In this document: in pieces, positions 9,646 through 19,280 of the stretch
How positions within the stretch are numbered: the first letter of the stretch is position 1
How the letters are laid out: every line of letters begins with the position of its first letter
IMG/VR virus record: IMGVR_UViG_3300047476_000704
Span: 64,001-128,000 of that record
Origin: a virus
Direction: 5' to 3' (one strand)
DNA: 64,000 bases
Program-made: the position numbers and the translations under genes
Notes under the pieces: model-generated
Databases searched by the model: none
What the model saw: the letters and a program-made list of their open reading frames with translations, nothing else
Told to the model about the DNA's origin: nothing

Positions 9646-11886
9646 TTATTGAGGTGCCCCACCTAATGCAGTAGTTGATGATTTTGCTTTTGTTGGGTCA
9701 GTTGTTGGTAGTTGTTCACCAAATCCAGTAGCTTCTAAATTAACTCCAGAACTACCCTCACCAAATAGATTAATATTTTTAATTGTTCCATCGGGGCCCA
9801 AAGTTATTGTTCCAGTACCAACTTTTTTAATAATATCAGCATTACCTAACTTTGGATTAAGATATGCCTCAACATCATTTCCATCCGTTTGTTGTTGTAG
9901 TGTTATTGTATCACCACCAGTATCAACTGATAAAAATGGACTTTCTGCTAATGAACCATTAGGAAGTAAAATTTGTGGTGATAATGCCCCTATAAGTACA
10001 TCAGGAGCTGGTTTTTGGAAACTTATACCACTTGTTGTAGATATATCAACAGATTTTATACCAGAATAAGAATTGGATTTAGATTTTATAACCTTATAAG
10101 TTACATTAATTTCACACATAAATGGTGCTTGAGAAGATTTGTGAATTTCCCAAGGAGAATTATCAGGTATACTAACATCAAAACTACTTAAAAATCCATA
10201 ATTTTCATCTATAATATTACCAATTTCCAATCCAATTATCTTTCCTTTTAATCCACCTAAACCACCACCTTGTGGTAAATTAAATGAATGAATTTTTTCT
10301 ATTTTATTCCACAATAATTGTAATTGTAAAGAATTTTTTGCATATAATTGTGCTTTGAATGATATTTCTCTTTCATATGCTTCATAAAAATAAAATTTAT
10401 AAGGAGAACCAATTGGTTTTGCTTCACCCCAAGTTACAGTTGGTGTATCAGTTAAACCAGTTAAATTTGACATTAAAAATATATCACCAATTTTTATGTT
10501 TATTAAATCAGAATCTGTGTTTAATAGTGCTTTAGTTGATAATTCAGCATGAGTTCGTACTCTTTTTTTTCCTCTAGCAGTTACAGTTGCATCATTTAAT
10601 AATCCACCCTCTTGTAACGCATCTTCACCTTTACTACCCAAAGAAGCTTTAGCAGCTTTTTCTATTTTGTCTTCCAATTCAGCATCTGTTCCTTTTAATT
10701 TAGTGGCATCATCGAAAACTTCTTGTCTATCTACAATTAAATCATATTGTATTCCAGCGGTATCTACTTTACGATTTTTGTATATTTGGTCACTAAAAAG
10801 TTTTGGTGCTTTTTTTTCTGCTATATTAGGAAATTTATATACGGGGGTAGCATCCGGTTCGTATGGATTATCTTTATATTGTACATAATCAGTAAATTGT
10901 GTACTTTCCGTATTAGATGTAATTCGTTTTTGTAAATCAGAAGTTGTATTATATATTTTATGATAACTACTAAATGATATACCATTTTGCCTACCATCCG
11001 TAGTTAATTTTAAGGTTTTTAATTCGTCTTCGGCATTTATTCCTTCATATTTTTTATAAAAATCACCACCACTTCTTAATAATTGAATTTGGCCCGTAAG
11101 TATTCCATCTATTTTATCAACAGATGCATTTTCAATTGCATATTGTGAGGGAAATTTTGGTGCCGCATTTCCTATTGTTGGATTATTTAATGGATTATTT
11201 ATTTTATTTACCGATGGATTTCCGCCACCTCTTTTAGCATTTAATCCCGCAGCACCACCAATCGCTTGTAAAGCGTTAAATCCAGCATTTACTGCTAAAT
11301 CAATAGCAGCTCCACCTATCTGAACTTTACCCGTTGGTTGTATGTTTGCTATATTTTGAGTAAATTGAGCAGGAGTTAGAAATGATGTTAATGCATTTGC
11401 TATTGAATTTTTACTATTACTTACACCACCATTATATAAGCTACCATACAAACCATTTTTTGTAGATGGGACAAACCCGGGTAAATTATTTACTTCATCG
11501 CTTGGAAATTGTGGAACTGTAAATGAGTTTAGGGCGTTTCGAACAAAACCACCAACTTTGGTATTATTACCAAATGTACCAGCCAATAAACCTCTTGAAA
11601 GTCTATCTACCCCACGCTTTGCTAATTGTAATGGTTCTACTGCTCCACGAGTTAAAATTCTAGCAGAATCGGCTCCATATATGTTAAGAACATTTTGTGC
11701 CAATTTTTGATATTGTCTATCATATGGCAAACTTACACCTTGAATATTTAAACCAAGTACTGTTACAGGTCCAGTAGTTGGACCAACTTCTTTAGAAGAT
11801 AGCATATCTGGTGTAACCTGTCTTGGATTAAACTGTGCTTCTTTAAATTGAAACTCTCCCAATAAATCTTTTAATGCCTTTGCCAT
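9646..11886 (-). CDS. Putative baseplate tail-tube initiator (gp48/gp54-like domain)
   Basis: TDTPTVTWGEAKPIGSPYKFYFYEAYEREISF tube-fold segment; follows TMP. Confidence 0.5.
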   Translation of the reverse strand: MAKALKDLLGEFQFKEAQFNPRQVTPDMLSSKEVGPTTGPVTVLGLNIQGVSLPYDRQYQKLAQNVLNIYGADSARILTRGAVEPLQLAKRGVDRLSRGLLAGTFGNNTKVGGFVRNALNSFTVPQFPSDEVNNLPGFVPSTKNGLYGSLYNGGVSNSKNSIANALTSFLTPAQFTQNIANIQPTGKVQIGGAAIDLAVNAGFNALQAIGGAAGLNAKRGGGNPSVNKINNPLNNPTIGNAAPKFPSQYAIENASVDKIDGILTGQIQLLRSGGDFYKKYEGINAEDELKTLKLTTDGRQNGISFSSYHKIYNTTSDLQKRITSNTESTQFTDYVQYKDNPYEPDATPVYKFPNIAEKKAPKLFSDQIYKNRKVDTAGIQYDLIVDRQEVFDDATKLKGTDAELEDKIEKAAKASLGSKGEDALQEGGLLNDATVTARGKKRVRTHAELSTKALLNTDSDLINIKIGDIFLMSNLTGLTDTPTVTWGEAKPIGSPYKFYFYEAYEREISFKAQLYAKNSLQLQLLWNKIEKIHSFNLPQGGGLGGLKGKIIGLEIGNIIDENYGFLSSFDVSIPDNSPWEIHKSSQAPFMCEINVTYKVIKSKSNSYSGIKSVDISTTSGISFQKPAPDVLIGALSPQILLPNGSLAESPFLSVDTGGDTITLQQQTDGNDVEAYLNPKLGNADIIKKVGTGTITLGPDGTIKNINLFGEGSSGVNLEATGFGEQLPTTDPTKAKSSTTALGGAPQ

Positions 11887-11889
11887 CTT

Positions 11890-14460
11890 TTAATTATTCT
11901 TTAAAAATTTACGCATTCCTCTTGCAATCTCTCTACCATCTATGTTTACTACCAACTCCTCTCCCATTATTGCATTTGTTAATTTTTTAACTTCTTCAAT
12001 TAATCCAACAACATCTGTACTTCCGCCAGCTGTTTGGGTTGTGGTTTGATTGGTAGTACCATTAACGGATACTCCCGCCATACCCATTGCGTTTAATCCA
12101 GTCAAAATAGGTAATGCTAAAAGACCAGCTGCTGCTACTAACCCCAACGAATACGCCAATGTTGTTAGGGCGGCCGCCATAGAATATATTGGTGTAATAT
12201 TTAATGCAGACATAGATGTTAATGTAGTTGTTATTTCTGCAAATGGTCCGTTAATAGATGATAATCCCGCCCCAAGTAGTAATAATGATGCGCCAAACAT
12301 TGCTATCGCAATAGATGCAATACCTAAAACAATTGCTCCAGGTAAAATAACTTCTGCAAGTAATCCAAATGCAGCCAATGCTAACCCAACCACTACCAAT
12401 GCCCCAGCCATTGATAAAATTTCACTTACACCAACTTCTTTAAATTGTTGTAATGCCAATCCCAATACATATATAGCACCTGCCGCTATCAATAATGCTG
12501 CCGCACCTTTAAGTATAGCAGTTGCATCTATGCTAGAAAACGCACTACTTGTAGCACCCGCAGGTGAAGTAGTAGCTGATGGTATTGTTGGCTTATTTGC
12601 ATTATATCGCATATCAGGTTTACCAGATTTCGTTAAAGGACCTGCCATACTTGTTACAGTAGATGAGCTATCTATTGTTTGTTGTATTCCTTTTGCTTTA
12701 AATAAACTTGCTATCCAATCAAAGGTCTTTTTTGTAAGGTCACCCAAATTAATTCCTATTTGGTTCAATCCCATACCAACTTGTCCAAGTGTAGAAAGAG
12801 CACCACCTAATCCACCAATCCATTTACCCATACCGGTCGTACCAATATAATCAATTAAAGCTTTTGTTGAATTAAATGATGATGTCATTGCATCAACAGG
12901 TTTTAGTGCTTCTTTTTCATTGGCAATCATTTGGGTTAATTCCGAATTTGATACACCAATTGCGGCTGCCAATGCCTTTCTTTCGTATGGTCCCATTGCT
13001 TCTAATTCAGCTAAAGTACCAGCGGAATGTAATGCTTCTTTCATAGCGCCTTGCAAATCGCCAGCATATGCTAACTCACGTGCTTTTTGTAAATTTAAAT
13101 TCTTACCAAGTATAACAGATGCCTCCATTTCAGCAGCAACTGATGATTGATAATCAAGTAAACTATCTGCAACTTTTCCAGCAGTTCCCAAATCTACACC
13201 TAATTGTGCTGCACTTATAGCGGCATCTCGTATATTTTTACCACCATCTTTTGAATATACCGCGAATAACTCCGTATTTTGCGCCATATCAGTAAATACT
13301 TGAGATGATATTACACCGCTAGCTGATGCTAGCTGTGATGTTGCTTCTAATGAATTTAAAGCAAATTCGTTTGATTTACCAGCTAAATTACCAAATTGGT
13401 TTAGTAATTTCCCAGCTTCTTGCCCACTAACACCCAAATGAGTTGGTAGCATTGATAAATCAAAAGCTAAACCATTTGATATTTTATTTACATTACCAAT
13501 TCTAGCACCAAATTCAGTTACTGCACCAACTGCCTCATCCCCTAATAATAAAGATATTGCAGTTAGTTGTGTTTTAAAACCAACTAAATTAGTAAAACCA
13601 CCACCTATTTTTGCATTTATTTTTCCAAATTCATCTGCTATATATCCTGCCGCAAATCCTATTACAGTCATTGCTCCTGTCCAACTACTTAAAAATACTT
13701 TTCCATAGTTAATCATTTTTTGGAAAAGTTTATTTCCGGTGTTTAACTCCTCATGCATTTCTTCATACAAAGCTTTAACATCACCTTGTAAATTCGCAAA
13801 TTTAGATGCTTTTTGGAATGCACTATCCAAATAAGCAGCTTGTGCTTTTAATTCAATCAAAGCTTGTTTTTGGGCTTTACCTTCTTTTGTTCTCCCATCC
13901 AACTTTTGAGCTTCTACTTCTTTAATTATACCAAGCAATTTAGTATATTCACTAGTATAATTGGAACTATATTCGGCAATTTGAGCAGAATCTTCTCTAC
14001 TTAATGCAGATAATGATGTAATTGCACTAATTGCTTGGGCTCCCGCCTCATTAGCACTTTTATATTTATCTCTTTGTACATCTGCACTTTTTGAAATTGA
14101 ATCTGTAAACCCTACTCCTAATTTTGTAACATTTCTTAAATCATCTTTCAAAGAACCCATTGCTGAACTTATTGAACCTATTGATGATTCTACATTTGAA
14201 TAATAACCAATTTGAGTTTTTAATTCATCTCTTTGTTTTTTTATAGATTCCGCATATATTTTTTGTTGGGATGTTAAATCTCCAATTTTTTTATTTAAAT
14301 CGGTTAGTTGTTTCTTTTGTTCTTTTGTTAATTTATTTTCTTCCGCAAGTAATTTAAGCTGCGTTTTTCTTGCAGTATTTATTCCTTCAATAACCTTTTT
14401 TTGTTCTTCTAAAAGATTATTTAATGAAAGAGCATCGGCATTTTCTTGATTAACAGCCAT
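11890..14460 (-). CDS. Tape measure protein
   Basis: 856 aa, coiled-coil N-terminus, Ala/Gly-rich helices, hydrophobic C-terminal segments; downstream of tube and chaperone. Confidence 0.85.
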   Translation of the reverse strand: MAVNQENADALSLNNLLEEQKKVIEGINTARKTQLKLLAEENKLTKEQKKQLTDLNKKIGDLTSQQKIYAESIKKQRDELKTQIGYYSNVESSIGSISSAMGSLKDDLRNVTKLGVGFTDSISKSADVQRDKYKSANEAGAQAISAITSLSALSREDSAQIAEYSSNYTSEYTKLLGIIKEVEAQKLDGRTKEGKAQKQALIELKAQAAYLDSAFQKASKFANLQGDVKALYEEMHEELNTGNKLFQKMINYGKVFLSSWTGAMTVIGFAAGYIADEFGKINAKIGGGFTNLVGFKTQLTAISLLLGDEAVGAVTEFGARIGNVNKISNGLAFDLSMLPTHLGVSGQEAGKLLNQFGNLAGKSNEFALNSLEATSQLASASGVISSQVFTDMAQNTELFAVYSKDGGKNIRDAAISAAQLGVDLGTAGKVADSLLDYQSSVAAEMEASVILGKNLNLQKARELAYAGDLQGAMKEALHSAGTLAELEAMGPYERKALAAAIGVSNSELTQMIANEKEALKPVDAMTSSFNSTKALIDYIGTTGMGKWIGGLGGALSTLGQVGMGLNQIGINLGDLTKKTFDWIASLFKAKGIQQTIDSSSTVTSMAGPLTKSGKPDMRYNANKPTIPSATTSPAGATSSAFSSIDATAILKGAAALLIAAGAIYVLGLALQQFKEVGVSEILSMAGALVVVGLALAAFGLLAEVILPGAIVLGIASIAIAMFGASLLLLGAGLSSINGPFAEITTTLTSMSALNITPIYSMAAALTTLAYSLGLVAAAGLLALPILTGLNAMGMAGVSVNGTTNQTTTQTAGGSTDVVGLIEEVKKLTNAIMGEELVVNIDGREIARGMRKFLKNN

Positions 14461-14465
14461 TACTA

Positions 14466-14678
14466 TTATTTATGATTTTGTCTAATTTGTTTTAATAAAT
14501 CACCATACTCATCTTCAATATTTTTCATAGCTTTTATTGCTTCGGGATGCATACCAGCTTTATCAGCTGCTGCGATATAACTATCCGATACACCTTTTTG
14601 TAATGCTTTGAAAAAATTATCAACAATTTTATTTAGTAGTCCTTCTGATAATACGGCTTTATTTTCTTTTAATTTCAT
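14466..14678 (-). CDS. Small hypothetical protein
   Basis: 70-aa ORF with its own ATATTTATA motif upstream. Confidence 0.65.
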   Translation of the reverse strand: MKLKENKAVLSEGLLNKIVDNFFKALQKGVSDSYIAAADKAGMHPEAIKAMKNIEDEYGDLLKQIRQNHK

Positions 14679-14697
14679 AATGATGTGATTTATCTTA

Positions 14698-14706
14698 TAT
14701 AAATAT
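14698..14706 (-). promoter_or_regulatory. ATATTTATA putative late promoter
   Basis: Lies between a terminator and the next start codon. Confidence 0.65.
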
Positions 14707-14718
14707 CCATAAACAGAA

Positions 14719-14744
14719 AAAGTTAGGATTTATCTCCTAACTTT
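14719..14744 (-). terminator. Intrinsic terminator
   Basis: AAAGTTAGGA-GATAAA-TCCTAACTTT followed by TTCTGTTT; overlaps the stop of the frameshift ORF. Confidence 0.7.
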
Positions 14745-14945
14745 ACTGTTTGCTCTATCAATTTGTTCCTTCTCTTCTTTTTTAATTTTAATCAACTGAT
14801 TCACATATAATCTTCGTATATGTAGCGGTAAATTATATACATCCGAAAATGTGAATCCACCACCTCCTCCCATTATCAAAAAGAATATCTCTTCGTGAAG
14901 TTTTAGACTATAATCAATTGGCAGGGTAAAAAAAGCTAATCCCAA
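14730..14945 (-). CDS. Frameshifted C-terminal extension of tail assembly chaperone (GT-like)
   Basis: No ATG start; overlaps the chaperone stop across a T7 run; ORF encodes LHEEIFFL...FTFSDVYNLPLHIRRLY. Confidence 0.7.
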   Translation of the reverse strand: MGLAFFTLPIDYSLKLHEEIFFLIMGGGGGFTFSDVYNLPLHIRRLYVNQLIKIKKEEKEQIDRANSKVRR

Positions 14946-15762
14946 ATGGGATGTCTAGCGCCTCCGTTTCGCCGGTAATTTCGGAAGTGAAATTATATTT
15001 AAGGTTCAAATCAGGTGAAATTGATTTAATATATTCTCTAACTGCTCTTGTATCTCTTGCTAACATATTTTTAGCAAACTTATTGATACTACCTTTATCG
15101 GTATCACCCTCTACCGATGTAATCATATATTTTAAACGTGTAGATACATCCGAAGCATTATCTTTATTTTTAGATAATCTTTCCATTGTTTGGATTTCAG
15201 CATTTATATCTTTTTCATCTTTATGAGTTAATATCTTAAATGTTATTTTCTTTTTAGATGCTGGTAATTCAAACTCATAACGATTTTCCGCATTAAGAAT
15301 TGATAAATCAATATCTTTTGTTTCAATTTCGGAAAGGTCAATTGTTACTTTTTGTTTTTCACCACTAAATGGGTCGGTAACTTCTACCTCATAATCAGGC
15401 CCATATCCTAAAATACGAGTTGCAAGAAATACTGCATTCTTATCACCAATTACTAAATCATCACAATTTACATCTGGTTGTACAATAACAGATTCAAATA
15501 ATTTATCCAACACTACACCTTTACGAATTAAATTTTGAGAAGAAAGAATATCTTCTTCCTTTGCTGTCATATATTTAATTTCCAAAGTTCCTTTACTTAA
15601 AGGATTTGATGGTGGATAACATTTACCTTCCGACGGTAATGAAATAATTTGAGTTGGAAAATCAAATGTTCTCACCGGAGTTGGTTGCGGTGTTTGTTCT
15701 GTTTGAGGTTGTGGTGCTTGAATTGGCTGTGTTCCTCTTGAAATGTTTAAATTTTCTTCCAT
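14914..15762 (-). CDS. Tail/baseplate assembly chaperone (T4 gp26/gp51-like)
   Basis: LPSEGKCY...IKYMTAKEEDIL...GDKNAVFLATRILGYG; between tube and TMP. Confidence 0.75.
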   Translation of the reverse strand: MEENLNISRGTQPIQAPQPQTEQTPQPTPVRTFDFPTQIISLPSEGKCYPPSNPLSKGTLEIKYMTAKEEDILSSQNLIRKGVVLDKLFESVIVQPDVNCDDLVIGDKNAVFLATRILGYGPDYEVEVTDPFSGEKQKVTIDLSEIETKDIDLSILNAENRYEFELPASKKKITFKILTHKDEKDINAEIQTMERLSKNKDNASDVSTRLKYMITSVEGDTDKGSINKFAKNMLARDTRAVREYIKSISPDLNLKYNFTSEITGETEALDIPFGISFFYPAN

Positions 15763-15767
15763 ATAAC

Positions 15768-15992
15768 TTATAATAAATTGTTTTTTATTCCTATTTGTTT
15801 AATACAATCGGGTCTTGAACATAGTTCATTTGGTAAATTACCACAAGAACATCTATCCTCATCTATTTTAGATGAAAATTTTTGTACACTATCCAAAAGT
15901 AATTGCTTGTTTGAGCTAGTTTGTTGCTCTTTTAGTAAATCTCTAATTTCAGTTAGTAGATTTTTGATTACTGCAAATTGTTCTAATTCCAT
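15768..15992 (-). CDS. Small Cys-containing hypothetical protein
   Basis: Start moved to MELEQF (ATG at 15992); CSC-x7-C-x4-C near the C-terminus. Confidence 0.6.
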   Translation of the reverse strand: MELEQFAVIKNLLTEIRDLLKEQQTSSNKQLLLDSVQKFSSKIDEDRCSCGNLPNELCSRPDCIKQIGIKNNLL

Positions 15993-16009
15993 AACATCAT
16001 TTTTGTATA

Positions 16010-16018
16010 TATAAATAT
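16010..16018 (-). promoter_or_regulatory. ATATTTATA putative late promoter
   Basis: Immediately after the tube-gene terminator. Confidence 0.65.
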
Positions 16019-16025
16019 ACCAAAA

Positions 16026-16057
16026 CAAAAAAAGTGTGTAAAAAATTACACACTTTT
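16026..16057 (-). terminator. Intrinsic terminator after tail tube gene
   Basis: AAAAGTGTGTAA-TTTT-TTACACACTTTT plus T-run. Confidence 0.85.
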
Positions 16058-16080
16058 CTTAAATTACCAATTATTCACTT

Positions 16081-16569
16081 TTAGTATTCTAATACACAAT
16101 AATCCATTGATAAAGTAACCGTAATATTTACGGGGTCATTTGAACTCCAATCCATTTCACCAAATTCAGCTGCTGAAATGAATGCTCCAATCAATTTCCA
16201 CTCTTCTACTTTATCACCAACCGGTCCTAATGCGTAAATACTAATATCTTTTTTATAGAAATCCGCATAACCATCACGACCTGTAATTGATTCGTGTGAT
16301 GTTCTAATCCATTCCATAACCGCTTGTGCGCCAGATGGAACGATTGGGTCATACAATGTGATTGTTAAATCAGACCAATCAGATTTTCCTTTAATCTTAC
16401 GCTTCACGTTGATGTGGTCTAATACTACAGTTTCACTTGTATATTTTGGTCTATTAGCTGCTTTTACCATAAATGATGGGATACCACCCGCTTCCATTAC
16501 GAATCTACTAGCTAATTTGGGTTCAAAATTTTGATAAAAAACCTTATCATACCCTAATACGTCTGCCAT
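16081..16569 (-). CDS. Tail tube protein (gp19-like)
   Basis: FEPKLASRF...W.DLTITLYDPIVPSGAQAVMEW...YKKD...GPVGDKVEEWKLIGAF; follows sheath; AAGGAG upstream. Confidence 0.92.
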   Translation of the reverse strand: MADVLGYDKVFYQNFEPKLASRFVMEAGGIPSFMVKAANRPKYTSETVVLDHINVKRKIKGKSDWSDLTITLYDPIVPSGAQAVMEWIRTSHESITGRDGYADFYKKDISIYALGPVGDKVEEWKLIGAFISAAEFGEMDWSSNDPVNITVTLSMDYCVLEY

Positions 16570-16595
16570 TTTTTATATTCTCCTTATATCTTTTA

Positions 16596-16604
16596 TATAA
16601 ATAT
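16596..16604 (-). promoter_or_regulatory. ATATTTATA putative late promoter
   Basis: Intergenic, upstream of the tube gene. Confidence 0.65.
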
Positions 16605-16620
16605 ATCGTTTTTTAATTTA

Positions 16621-18903
16621 TTATGCTCCAAAAGTTGCGCCAGTTGGTAAAATATTGAAGTCAATTTGGATAAATTCAGCAGTTTTAGTAGGTTGTAAGA
16701 AAATTGCTCCTTGTAAGATGTTTCTATCAATCACATCCGGTGTGTTATTTGAATCATCCATTACCACTCTAAATGCGTATAAACCTTGTCTTTGTTGGAT
16801 ACCCTCTAAATATGGGTTTACAGTATTTAAGAATCTTCTTCTAGTTTCAGTAGTATTTTGTTCAAACACTAAATAACGAGATGTAGAAGCGATGTATTTC
16901 TTAACAGTGATTAACAATCTTCTTACATTGATTCTATCTAAAGCGGATGGTTTAGATTGTAAAGTCTTTTGTCCGAATGCTACGATACCTTGTCCTGGGA
17001 ATTGAGCGATAGGATTAACTTTTCCTTCGTATAATGTATCTCTATCAGAGTGAGTTAAACGATTTACTACACCAATTGCTCCAGTGATACCACCACGATT
17101 TAAACCGGCTGGTGCGAACCATTCTGCTGCTGAATTATCATTAGCTGCGTAAACTGCTGGCATCAATACTGATGGTGGAACTGATACTAATTTGTTTGTA
17201 TTCAAATCAATTGTCTTAATCCAAGGGTAGTAAGTTGCTGCGTAGTTAGTATCTAATGATTCTGCTACTTCAACTGCTCCAGCGATTGTACCATCTTGTG
17301 CTACTGAATCCATAATATAGAAACAATCAGTACGAGATTCACACAAATCAATACCAGCTTGTGCTACCGATGGGTGTAATGTTTGGATAACACCTGGCAT
17401 AACTACCAAATTAATATCGTATTCGTCTTGATTAGATATTGCATCCAATGCTTTTTGATATGCTACTGAACCACTTTTAGCCGAAGTTGATAAATCAAAT
17501 CCTTGTGAGTTAGTTGCTGTAATAGATGTACCCTTTGTAATTGTTATTGCCGGGCTCATACCATCAAAACCACCTTGTAATGCTATTGCGAATGTTCTTT
17601 TAGCAACGTCTGCTGCCGTAGAACCAGTTAAATCTAAACTAGCACTTACATATCCAGTACCACCGGCATCTAATGCGAAACCAGATGTAGTTGTTGCACT
17701 TGCAGGAATTGGTTTTAAGAATTGAGTGTTATCAGCTGAATATGTACCTTCATAATCAAATCCACTTACATAAGATGCAGTAGTTGCTGATTTTGTTTGG
17801 TAAGAAACATCAACTAATGAACCAGTGTATAAACCTGCCCAAATTGGGTGTGAGTAACCAGCGTTTGCGTAAGGTGCAGCTGTTACTGGAATTGTATCTG
17901 GGTTCGATGGTGTAATGTAGATATAACGAGATTTGTTAGAATAATCACCATATTCGGTAATTTTTCCATTTGCATCAGATGTTACATATCTATCACCAAT
18001 TGCTCTTGCAATATAGTTTGGAGATGTTGGGTCTAAATTTAAGTTAGAGAATGTTTCTAATACATATTTTCTCTTATCAGTATCAGAGTATTTTCTAACT
18101 TGCAATGTAAATGTTGCGTAATCAGTACCAATAACCGAACCAGCAGCTTTAACATCTGAAATTACAATCTTAAATCTTGTGTTTTCAGCGTTACCATCTG
18201 AAATTGTATTTACCTTAAACAAGTTATAACGGCTACCACCAATTAATTGTGATTGGATGTATGGAGTTGAAGCTCCAACCGCATCATCGTTAAAGTTTTG
18301 TGCTGGTAAAATTACAGCCGAAGCAGTATAGTGTGAAGTTCCCAAAATACTTTCAAATGCAGTATATGCATATGCATTTTTAGAACCTAATGCCGATGTA
18401 CCAAATACCTTTGTTACTGCGTATGGGTCTGTTGGTGTAATTGAAAATTGGTTAGAATCTCCAAATTCTCCAATTTGAGAACCACTAATAAACATAACAT
18501 CTTCTCCAGATGGAGTAAATGTAGAACCAGTAAATGATGCAGATGTATTTGAGTTTTCGGTATTGTTTAATGTATAAACTAATTTTTGAAAACCACTACC
18601 AGATGCAATTACACCAATTGGTCCTAATTCTTTATATCCACCCAATCCAGCAACTCTTACGATTGTTACTACACCAGTTTCTCTTAAATAGTTTTGTACT
18701 GCATTTTCAGTATAATAAGTGCTATCAACAACACCAAAAATATCTTCAAATTCAGATTGAGTGTTTACAATTGTAGGTTTGAATGCTGGTCCTTGTTTGA
18801 AAGGTCCGATGAAAGCTCCACCGATTGCACCAACACCCTGTGCTATAAAAGATAAATCATTCTCTCTAGTGAAAACACCAGGTGATACGATTTTTTCAGC
18901 CAT
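16621..18903 (-). CDS. Tail sheath protein (gp18-like)
   Basis: SPGVFTREND, WFAPAGLNRG, ALDRINVRRL, IFLQPTKTAEFI; AAGGAG upstream. Confidence 0.96.
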   Translation of the reverse strand: MAEKIVSPGVFTRENDLSFIAQGVGAIGGAFIGPFKQGPAFKPTIVNTQSEFEDIFGVVDSTYYTENAVQNYLRETGVVTIVRVAGLGGYKELGPIGVIASGSGFQKLVYTLNNTENSNTSASFTGSTFTPSGEDVMFISGSQIGEFGDSNQFSITPTDPYAVTKVFGTSALGSKNAYAYTAFESILGTSHYTASAVILPAQNFNDDAVGASTPYIQSQLIGGSRYNLFKVNTISDGNAENTRFKIVISDVKAAGSVIGTDYATFTLQVRKYSDTDKRKYVLETFSNLNLDPTSPNYIARAIGDRYVTSDANGKITEYGDYSNKSRYIYITPSNPDTIPVTAAPYANAGYSHPIWAGLYTGSLVDVSYQTKSATTASYVSGFDYEGTYSADNTQFLKPIPASATTTSGFALDAGGTGYVSASLDLTGSTAADVAKRTFAIALQGGFDGMSPAITITKGTSITATNSQGFDLSTSAKSGSVAYQKALDAISNQDEYDINLVVMPGVIQTLHPSVAQAGIDLCESRTDCFYIMDSVAQDGTIAGAVEVAESLDTNYAATYYPWIKTIDLNTNKLVSVPPSVLMPAVYAANDNSAAEWFAPAGLNRGGITGAIGVVNRLTHSDRDTLYEGKVNPIAQFPGQGIVAFGQKTLQSKPSALDRINVRRLLITVKKYIASTSRYLVFEQNTTETRRRFLNTVNPYLEGIQQRQGLYAFRVVMDDSNNTPDVIDRNILQGAIFLQPTKTAEFIQIDFNILPTGATFGA

Positions 18904-18940
18904 TTTTAATTTCTCCTTTTAATAATAATTTTTATCTTTA

Positions 18941-18949
18941 TATAAATAT
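18941..18949 (-). promoter_or_regulatory. ATATTTATA putative late promoter
   Basis: Intergenic, upstream of the sheath gene. Confidence 0.65.
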
Positions 18950-18978
18950 ATAAGATTGTGATGAAAAGATATATTTGT

Positions 18979-19221
18979 TTATTGCTTTGGTGTAAATTCT
19001 CCAGTATCAATATCTAAATCGCCTTTACCATATTCGGTTTCGATTTTAGTTAATAATTCTATTTCTTCTAAACCAAATTTTTGATATTGTTCTTGTAAAT
19101 ATTTTTCATCTCGTTCTATTGTGGCTTTTTGAATTGCTAATTGTCCTAATGTAATTACAATTTGATTGAAACTATCACGTAATTCAACAATTTTTGTTTT
19201 GTATTCTTCTTTAATTTGCAT
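18979..19221 (-). CDS. Small coiled-coil hypothetical protein
   Basis: 80-aa helical ORF ending YGKGDLDIDTGEF. Confidence 0.7.
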   Translation of the reverse strand: MQIKEEYKTKIVELRDSFNQIVITLGQLAIQKATIERDEKYLQEQYQKFGLEEIELLTKIETEYGKGDLDIDTGEFTPKQ

Positions 19222-19245
19222 AACTTATATTGTTTATTTTATATA

Positions 19246-19254
19246 TATAAATAT
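19246..19254 (-). promoter_or_regulatory. ATATTTATA putative late promoter
   Basis: Intergenic copy. Confidence 0.6.
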
Positions 19255-19280
19255 ATGGGTTTATACTCAAACATCAAAAT

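Noticed and set aside
12050-12850. 266-aa + strand ORF
   Set aside because: Antisense shadow of the Ala/Gly/Leu-rich part of the tape measure gene; no promoter or RBS.
14730-14945. Independent gene starting at TTG 14945
   Set aside because: No RBS and it overlaps the chaperone end across a T7 run; better explained as a frameshift extension.
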